Shown here piece by piece: positions 57,360 to 64,000 of a stretch of 64,000 bases of DNA. Position 1 is the first letter of the stretch. Every line of letters begins with the position of its first letter. Both the position numbers and the translations under genes were made by a program. Source of the stretch: Verrucomicrobiota bacterium (GTDB lineage: Bacteria; Verrucomicrobiota; Verrucomicrobiia; Verrucomicrobiales; DEV007); assembly GCA_045046875.1 (NCBI GenBank), contig JASFYY010000004.1, forward strand, positions 1 through 64,000. The letters run 5' to 3'. The notes beneath the pieces are model-generated. The model did no database searches. It had not been told where the DNA came from and was given only the letters and a program-made list of their open reading frames with translations.

Positions 57360-58355
57360 ATGGAAAAAGACTTGGAAAAATTTCGTAAAGATTTCGCTTT
57401 GCTCAAAACCGAAATACAAAAAGCCATCGTGGGTTATGATGATTTATTAACAGATATGCTGGCAGCTATTTTTTCCCAAGGGCATGTGCTGCTCGAAGGG
57501 GTGCCTGGCTTGGGGAAGACTTTTTTGGTCAAGGTATTGTCCGAAGTGATGGGTTTGGATCCGGGTAGGGTTCAGTGTACTCCGGATTTGATGCCTGCGG
57601 ATATTCTGGGAACTCAAATCGTCAATGAAGATGAGAACGGCCGCCGCCGGATGGACTTTGAAAAAGGTCCGGTTTTTGCCAATCTGGTATTGATTGATGA
57701 GATCAACCGGGCAACACCGAAAACCCAGGCTGCATTGCTTGAAGTGATGCAGGAGCATGCGGTGACGATGGGTGGTGAGCGGCACGAGCTGCCAACTCCG
57801 TTTTTTGTGATGGCGACTCAGAACCCGATGGAGATGGAAGGCACTTATCCATTGCCGGAAGCTCAATTGGATCGGTTTATTTTTAAGTTGAAGCTGTCTT
57901 TCCCTGACGAAAAATCCTTGGTGGAGATTTCCAAGCGCACCACGGGTTTTGAACAGGCACAATTGAAAGAGGTGATCAAGGGCAAGCGTTTGATTGAGTA
58001 TCAAAAGCTAATGACCAAAGTGCCGGTGGCCGATCATGTGACGGCTTATGCCGCACGCTTGATATTGGCTACGCACCCCGATGTGGAAGGCGCGAATGAA
58101 GATGTGAAGCGTTATGTCAGTTATGGCGCCAGTCCGAGGGGCTTGCAGGCACTGGTTCGAGGTGCGCGCGTGCATTCGGTATTGGATGGACGCACGACCG
58201 TTTCTACTGACGATGTGCGCCGGGTTGCTTCCGGAGCCTTGCGGCACCGGATTATTCTCAACTTTGAAGGCGAGGCCGAAGGCATCGACATCGATCAATT
58301 GGTGACCGATTTGTTGGACAAGGTGCCGACGCCTTCCGAAGCTAGCGCCGCCTAG
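57360..58355 (+). CDS. moxR: MoxR-family AAA+ ATPase
   Basis: HVLLEGVPGLGKT, QCTPDLMPADI, LIDEINRATPKTQAALLE, ATQNP.E.EGTYPLPEAQLDRF, GASPR. Confidence 0.95.
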   Translation: MEKDLEKFRKDFALLKTEIQKAIVGYDDLLTDMLAAIFSQGHVLLEGVPGLGKTFLVKVLSEVMGLDPGRVQCTPDLMPADILGTQIVNEDENGRRRMDFEKGPVFANLVLIDEINRATPKTQAALLEVMQEHAVTMGGERHELPTPFFVMATQNPMEMEGTYPLPEAQLDRFIFKLKLSFPDEKSLVEISKRTTGFEQAQLKEVIKGKRLIEYQKLMTKVPVADHVTAYAARLILATHPDVEGANEDVKRYVSYGASPRGLQALVRGARVHSVLDGRTTVSTDDVRRVASGALRHRIILNFEGEAEGIDIDQLVTDLLDKVPTPSEASAA

Positions 58356-58378
58356 AGCACAGATTTAAAACTTGAATT

Positions 58379-61300
58379 TTGAAATCGGGAAAGCCCCATT
58401 TAAAGTCTGTGATTAAGCTGCTGCATTGTTTGTGTGTTTTTTTGCTGGTGATGTCAGCAAGCCTGGGCTTGTTGGCTCAGGACAAATCGACGGCTTTGCA
58501 GGGGAAAGATTTTGACAAACAGTCTTTAGCTCTTCGCACTGCCTTGCATTACGATGCTTCTTTGCAGGCTCCGCTGAAAAGTCTGATACGACTGTATGAA
58601 AAAGCTGGCCGCTTAGAGGATTTGTTAGCTTTGTATCGTGCCCACACCAGTCAGTATGGCGAGGATGCCGGGGCCAAGGTGGTGATGATTCGTTTGCTGA
58701 AAGCCTTGGATCGGGCAGAGGCGAGTGAGATGGTGCAATCGGCGGCGCAACAGCATGTGCAGCATCCGGGCTTGAAATATCTTTTGTATCAGGATTACAA
58801 AAAACGTGGTGATGCACGCGCGTTGAAAACCTTGTCAGCCGCGATTGATTTGCAACAGACGGCGGGCAGTCGGCAAACTTGGATAGAAGAACTGTTGGCT
58901 CAAGCGCAGGAGAATGATGAAAGGCTTTTGGCTGAACGTCATCTGCGTGATTTGTTGACAGCGGAAGGCCACAGCTCCGCCACGCTTTTGATTCTAGCCA
59001 AACAGATGCATCGTTATCATTTTGAAGAATTGTGTTTGCAGGCAATCAAAAAGGCGCAAGAAAAAAAGCCTGATGCGGAAACCGGCGTGGAGATCGAGCT
59101 GTTAGCGGCTCGTGCGGAAGCAGGGCTTGGGCATTTTGATGCGGTGGCTAAGCGCATGGATATCTTGCTGAAACGCTTGGCTCCTGATTATCACCGCAGA
59201 CGTGAAATCATGAAACTGAGAATGAGCTTGGTGAAAAACAATGCTGACCGTGACCAGTTGCTTGAAATAGCTAAGCTGCGGTATGAGAAAAACCCTATGA
59301 ATGAGAGTGCGGTATTGGACTATGCCGAACTGTTGTCCGCTAATGAAATGCGCCGCCGGGCTGCTGAAGTTCTGGTGAGCGCAGCCAATCGTTTGCCTAA
59401 GAGTGAGAGCTTGGAAAAAGAGGCGTTGCGACTGCTTGACCGCCTCGGTGATGAAGCGGGCATGTTGTTGTTTTTGCAAAAACGACTGCAAGGTGAATCC
59501 GGTCGTGAAGACCTGCAGTATCGTTTGGTCAAAGCTGAATATCTGGCAGGCAAAACGGTGGAGGCCAGGAAACGTTTGGAAAAAATCATCGCGAAGCTTA
59601 ACAAAGAAGAGCGCGCCCGACGATTGCTTGATTTGGCGCGTTATTTGCGGAAAAGAAGCCAGGCTTCTGATTCGGCAAAGTTGTTAGAAGAAGTGATGCA
59701 GCTAGTGCCAGCACGACTGGATGTGCAGCGGGAATTACTCGAGACCTTATTGGCGCTTGAGCAGCGAGGGAAAGCGGAAAAGCTATTGGCGTCGATTTCG
59801 ATGGTTGATGCGGAGATTGAGAATTTTGTCGACTTGCTTCAATTCATGGTGCAATCCGATTTTCTGATTGAAGCCCGCGATGCTCTGGAGGATCGGTTGA
59901 AAAGTGAGGGGAATCGCCTGGACTTGAATTTGTTGTTGGTCACGGTATTGGGGAAAACCGGTGACCGAAACAAAGCGCAGGAGGTTTTGATGCAAAGCCG
60001 GGCTAGCGCAGACACTTCCGCGCGTTATGCGCAATGGTTGCAAACGGGTTTGGATCTCTATGAATTATTGGAGCAAAGTGAGCAGTTTTTTGATGCCGAA
60101 CAATTCCGCTTTCTGGAAGAGAATAAAAAATGGAGCCCGGAGCGGGTTGATCGTTTTTTGACCTTGTGCGAATTGGGTGAACAAAAACGCCTGGGAAGCC
60201 GGGTCGCTCAAGCGCTGCGCAACCAACTCGCCGACCCCGCCTTGCCAGGCACGCTGAAGGTGCGCCTGCGTTTGTTATTGGTGAAAGCCTTGGATAAATC
60301 TCCGGATAATGCAGGAGAGGTTGAAGAGCAGTTGGAATTGTTAGCTAAGGAAGATGGCAAGCGCGCGGATGATTATCAATTGCGCCGGGCCTTGCTTTAT
60401 CATTCCAATTCCCGGCCGGATCTGGCCAAGGCTTTGTTGGAGAACCTCGACATGGAAAAAGTGACGGATGAATCGATTCTGCGAGCGGCCTATTTGGTTT
60501 TTCTGGAGTATTCACTGGTCTCTCATGCCAGGGTATGTCTTGAGAAGTTAAGTGAGATGGAACCTGGGGATTCCGCCATATGGGAGAAACGCTTGAGCCT
60601 GTTGGCGGCCTTGGGAGATGAGCAGGAGCTGCGGGTGGTTTTGCGCCGCTTGTTTAGCGGAGAAGGGAAGATGATTTTGAAAGCGGATACTTTGCAGGCA
60701 CTGCGCATTCATTTGCTGGATTCTTATTGGCGTTCCATTTCCCAGTTATTGAACGCTGGTGACAAAGAAAGTTTGGGCGAGGTATTGGTGATGCTGGATT
60801 CGGTGGAGCAGGATGCGGGTCCAAGCCGGGATCTCTCATGGAGTTTATGGGCGAGGGCTTTTGCCCTGAACCGTCTGCAGCGTGAAACTGCGCGCGACGA
60901 AGTGATCAAAGAACTGAAGGCATTTTTAAAAGATCAGAAATCGATGATCGCTTTTCCCGATGGTTTGGCGATGTCCCTTGAAGCTGCTGAAAGTTTGTTA
61001 AAAACAGCGCAGCCGGAGATTGGTGGAAAATTAGTAAGTAACGAAGTGAGCGAAGGTCCTTTGGGACAGCTTGAAATGAGCTGGGCCTTTGAGGCTGATC
61101 CCGGGGCACGGATTTTGCAGATCTCGGCAGCGGGAGAAAAAGCGGTGCTGGTATTGGATGATCAGGGAAGAGTTTACAAAGTCGATGCGCAGAGCGGCAA
61201 GTTACTCTGGAGCGAACAATACCAACTATCCGCAGAGAGCACAAAAACCGGGCAGAGAAATTTGCGCAGTTCGTCCCTCGGTGGTGGAGGCATCACGATC

Positions 61301-62713
61301 AGCAACTCTCAATTTCAAGTGCGTCAGCAAGGCGGCAGTATTATGGTGCGACAACTGAGTGCTCCTTATCGCAGCGCGCAGCTTGGCCCGGGAGCGGGTA
61401 GTGGGAAGCCTTCTTACATCGCGCCGGGGGTGAAAAAAACTCCCTCTATTCTGGTGGACGCCGCGGATTATTTTTTCTTGTCTGCGGGCAATCAAATCAG
61501 ATGTTATCAAAACGAAGACGGGGCCTTGCTTTGGCAATCCAACTTGAGCGAGCAGCTTCCGCTCAATAGGGCAATGGGAAGTTTCTCCATGGCACGTCCT
61601 GATCCCGTGTTGTTTCTGGATGGCGATCACCTTCTCTGTTATGCTCCGATGTTGGATGTGGCGAGTTGTTTTGAAAAAAACACCGGCAAGTTGTTATGGA
61701 GCAGAAATCTAGGTGGAGGGGAAACTGGCAATGCCTTGCTTTACAGCTTGAATTCCGGAGCGACATTTTCCGCTGGTCGTTTGTTTGTATTTGGCAACAG
61801 CTGCCAAATTTTGGATTCCACCAATGGCAAAACCCTGTGGTCCTTTGATGACCGGGGAGTGCAACGTTTCCCCCTTAATCTTGACCGGGTTCGGGAGGAT
61901 GAAAAACAAAAAAACGCAGCCAAGCCTTCCGCTGTCGATGTTGCGCAAACTCTGCCAATTTCATCACCCTTGAAGGGAGTGGGATCGATCTTGCAGGCTA
62001 AAACGACTTTTCTGGCTCACAGCGATAAAGGAGATGATTTATTGAATCGAATGAGCCAGTTGAAGCCGTTTTTACAAGGCAAAGGCGCATTGGTGGCGGC
62101 GGCGGTGCAGTGGAATAGTCTGAGGGGATCGGGCAAGGGGGCTGCGGATGCGCGCTTGAACGGGGATCGTTTGTTGTTGATGGGAGATCAGTCTTTGCAG
62201 GATATATCTTTGTCTCTGCCGATAGGAAGCAAACGTTATGCGGTGTCGGGAGTGCTGTTGGGGGTTGCGGGCGACAAGCTTTGGTTTATACACGGTGCTG
62301 TATTGAGTCAGTTAAGCTTGAGTGATGGTCAGCAGCGACAGGTGAAGATCAATGAAGCACAAGAAGAGCAAAACACGGTTCATGCAGTGATGTCGGGCTC
62401 GCGTATTTATGTGTCGCATGGCCAGGGTTTGACGGTGCTGAATGCCTACAACGGACGAGTGATCAACAGCTCGGCATGGCCGGAGCTGATGGCGGATTAT
62501 TTGGTCAAACAAAGCGCCTATGCCAGCGCAGCGGATGGACAGGGCATGGTGGCATGGCAAGGTTATGTGCGCAGTATTCCGGGGCGTCCGGCTTATTGTT
62601 TTCCCCTGCGGGACAAGGTTCATGGCGAGCGTTTGTTCAGCATGGTGAACGACAGCAGTTTTGTGATGTTGCGTTCCCGGCAACCATCGCAAAAGGCCGC
62701 AGCAAAAAAATAG
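58379..62713 (+). CDS. Large secreted TPR-repeat protein with C-terminal PQQ/BamB-like beta-propeller repeats
   Basis: Signal peptide; about 850 aa of helical repeats; VDAQSGKLLW, NEDGALLW, EKNTGKLLW, DSTNGKTLW and NAYNGRVI blades. Start uncertain. Confidence 0.82.
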   Translation: MKSGKPHLKSVIKLLHCLCVFLLVMSASLGLLAQDKSTALQGKDFDKQSLALRTALHYDASLQAPLKSLIRLYEKAGRLEDLLALYRAHTSQYGEDAGAKVVMIRLLKALDRAEASEMVQSAAQQHVQHPGLKYLLYQDYKKRGDARALKTLSAAIDLQQTAGSRQTWIEELLAQAQENDERLLAERHLRDLLTAEGHSSATLLILAKQMHRYHFEELCLQAIKKAQEKKPDAETGVEIELLAARAEAGLGHFDAVAKRMDILLKRLAPDYHRRREIMKLRMSLVKNNADRDQLLEIAKLRYEKNPMNESAVLDYAELLSANEMRRRAAEVLVSAANRLPKSESLEKEALRLLDRLGDEAGMLLFLQKRLQGESGREDLQYRLVKAEYLAGKTVEARKRLEKIIAKLNKEERARRLLDLARYLRKRSQASDSAKLLEEVMQLVPARLDVQRELLETLLALEQRGKAEKLLASISMVDAEIENFVDLLQFMVQSDFLIEARDALEDRLKSEGNRLDLNLLLVTVLGKTGDRNKAQEVLMQSRASADTSARYAQWLQTGLDLYELLEQSEQFFDAEQFRFLEENKKWSPERVDRFLTLCELGEQKRLGSRVAQALRNQLADPALPGTLKVRLRLLLVKALDKSPDNAGEVEEQLELLAKEDGKRADDYQLRRALLYHSNSRPDLAKALLENLDMEKVTDESILRAAYLVFLEYSLVSHARVCLEKLSEMEPGDSAIWEKRLSLLAALGDEQELRVVLRRLFSGEGKMILKADTLQALRIHLLDSYWRSISQLLNAGDKESLGEVLVMLDSVEQDAGPSRDLSWSLWARAFALNRLQRETARDEVIKELKAFLKDQKSMIAFPDGLAMSLEAAESLLKTAQPEIGGKLVSNEVSEGPLGQLEMSWAFEADPGARILQISAAGEKAVLVLDDQGRVYKVDAQSGKLLWSEQYQLSAESTKTGQRNLRSSSLGGGGITISNSQFQVRQQGGSIMVRQLSAPYRSAQLGPGAGSGKPSYIAPGVKKTPSILVDAADYFFLSAGNQIRCYQNEDGALLWQSNLSEQLPLNRAMGSFSMARPDPVLFLDGDHLLCYAPMLDVASCFEKNTGKLLWSRNLGGGETGNALLYSLNSGATFSAGRLFVFGNSCQILDSTNGKTLWSFDDRGVQRFPLNLDRVREDEKQKNAAKPSAVDVAQTLPISSPLKGVGSILQAKTTFLAHSDKGDDLLNRMSQLKPFLQGKGALVAAAVQWNSLRGSGKGAADARLNGDRLLLMGDQSLQDISLSLPIGSKRYAVSGVLLGVAGDKLWFIHGAVLSQLSLSDGQQRQVKINEAQEEQNTVHAVMSGSRIYVSHGQGLTVLNAYNGRVINSSAWPELMADYLVKQSAYASAADGQGMVAWQGYVRSIPGRPAYCFPLRDKVHGERLFSMVNDSSFVMLRSRQPSQKAAAKK

Positions 62714-62717
62714 AATC

Positions 62718-63629
62718 ATGGCAGAAAACAGCATAAGCAACGAAGAATTGTTCGACGCCGAGTTTCTCGACCGGCTGCGAGCGCTTTTTCTGCGTCTGCG
62801 CAAGAGGAAACAGCTGCGCAAAAAAGGCATGCAGTCATCGCCTTCGACTGGTTACACCCGGGAGTTCAAGGATTTTCGCCACTACACCCGCGACGATGAT
62901 TACCGGGCTATTGACTGGCGTTTGTATGCGCGCTTGGACAAGTTGTTCATTCGTCTTTATGAGGAAATTCAAGAGTATCATATCCATGTGATGATCGATA
63001 CCAGCGCTTCGATGAGTCAGCCGTTCAAGGACAAACAAACTGCCGCTTTGAAGTTGGGGGTGGCTTTGTCCTACCTTGGGCTGGTGGGGCATCACCGGGT
63101 GAGTTTGTACACCATGGGGGAAAAAGTGCAGCAGGTTTTGCCTCCCTTGAAAGGCCAGGGAAACATCCAGCGTATCATTGATCATCTGGGTAAAACTTCT
63201 TTTGGCGGAATGACAAATCTGGATCGTTGTTTCCATGAATTCCGTCCGTCACGTCGCAGATATGGCATCATTTTTGTGGTCTCGGACTTTTATGGTTCAG
63301 GCATAAACGAAGCCCACGAAGCCGTCCGCCATGCAACCACCTGGCCGGGGGAGTTGCATTTCATCCAGTTGTATCACCCGCAGGAACGCAGCCCTCAATT
63401 GGATGGCGAGATTGAATTGATCGATGTGGAAACGGAGGAACATAGAAGATTATGGTTAACCAAGCGCGATTTGAAACGCTACGAAGAAACTTTTGATAAG
63501 TTCACCCAGGACATCGAACACTCCTGCCGCTCGCGGCAAATGGACTATCAGCAATGGCGAACGGATCTTCCTTTTGAGGATCAGTTTTTGGAACTGCTAT
63601 CCCGGGGCTCAGCTCTGGCGGGAACATGA
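62718..63629 (+). CDS. DUF58 domain protein (vWA-like MoxR partner)
   Basis: EFKDFRHY..DDDYRAIDWRLYAR, IDTSASM, VSDF. Confidence 0.92.
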   Translation: MAENSISNEELFDAEFLDRLRALFLRLRKRKQLRKKGMQSSPSTGYTREFKDFRHYTRDDDYRAIDWRLYARLDKLFIRLYEEIQEYHIHVMIDTSASMSQPFKDKQTAALKLGVALSYLGLVGHHRVSLYTMGEKVQQVLPPLKGQGNIQRIIDHLGKTSFGGMTNLDRCFHEFRPSRRRYGIIFVVSDFYGSGINEAHEAVRHATTWPGELHFIQLYHPQERSPQLDGEIELIDVETEEHRRLWLTKRDLKRYEETFDKFTQDIEHSCRSRQMDYQQWRTDLPFEDQFLELLSRGSALAGT

Positions 63630-63649
63630 TAAGAATATAGCGGCGTCTT

Positions 63650-64000
63650 ATGCAATTGATTCATCCAGCGTTTTTTTATCTCGGTTTGTTAACGATCATT
63701 CCGATCGTTTTGTATTTTTTCCGCCGTCGATCCAAGACGGTGGCGGTGAGCACTTTGGTGTTTTTCAAAACGCTGGCGAGGGAGCATCAGGAGTCGGCGT
63801 GGTTGCGGCGGATGAAAAAGTTATTGTCGCTGTTGTTGACCTTGTTGATGCTGACTGCGGCGATTCTGGCTTTGGTGCGGGTGGTGTTTTCACCGAGCGT
63901 TGATGATATCCGCAGCGTGGTGATTTTACTCGACCGTTCGGCCTCGATGGCGGCGGTGGATAGCGAGGGGCGCAGCCGGATGGAGCTGGCGAAAAAAGAG
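63650..64000 (+). CDS. BatA-domain / vWA membrane protein (runs off the window's right edge; missing from the ORF track)
   Basis: Manual translation: MQLIHPAFFYLGLLTIIPIVLYFFRRRSKTVAVSTLVFF...LLLTLLMLTAAILALVR...VVILLDRSASM. This is a BatA-type N-terminus with an intact DxSxS MIDAS. Confidence 0.88.
   Translation, partial: MQLIHPAFFYLGLLTIIPIVLYFFRRRSKTVAVSTLVFFKTLAREHQESAWLRRMKKLLSLLLTLLMLTAAILALVRVVFSPSVDDIRSVVILLDRSASMAAVDSEGRSRMELAKKE

Noticed and set aside
63493..63903. 136-aa plus-strand ORF
   Set aside because: Out-of-frame overlap with DUF58 and with the BatA/vWA gene starting at 63650, which has clear motifs.
51171..64000. Known secretion system (T6SS/T2SS/T9SS) or anti-phage defence locus
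   Set aside because: No recognisable core components (TssB/C, Hcp, VgrG, secretin, nuclease or effector domains); the ATPase is MoxR-proper type.

Overview
Bacterial chromosomal window, most likely from a Verrucomicrobiota (PVC) genome. This is inferred from family content: DUF5069, SHD1-like lipoproteins, a Tat-exported Gfo/Idh/MocA protein, a PVC-type propeller dehydrogenase and a sulfatase. Most of it is housekeeping or metabolic: gltS (partial), sdhCAB, an Ala/Gly symporter, a UvrD-family helicase, tdh-kbl, hemH, hrpB, two pilT-like ATPases, a YqjD/E/K-like trio, rho, yebC and nadA. Two accessory cell-envelope loci stand out. (1) A tandem array of four paralogous membrane-anchored vWA-like proteins (9.6-16.8 kb) with TonB/TolA-like His-containing anchors and degenerate MIDAS motifs; three of them share an upstream DNA motif at a fixed distance from a sigma70-type promoter. 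(2) A MoxR AAA+ / DUF58 / BatA-vWA operon (51.2 kb to the window end), led by two paralogous secreted proteins that each carry six tandem small beta-rich repeats, and including a 1444-aa TPR plus beta-propeller protein. Also noted: a candidate structured ncRNA upstream of yebC, a divergent IF-1 paralog, Rho with a long disordered N-terminus, heptamer-periodic micro-repeats at operon junctions, and a REP-like 35-bp duplication. No rRNA, tRNA, CRISPR array, transposase or prophage was recognised. All calls come from motif recognition by eye; no searches were run.
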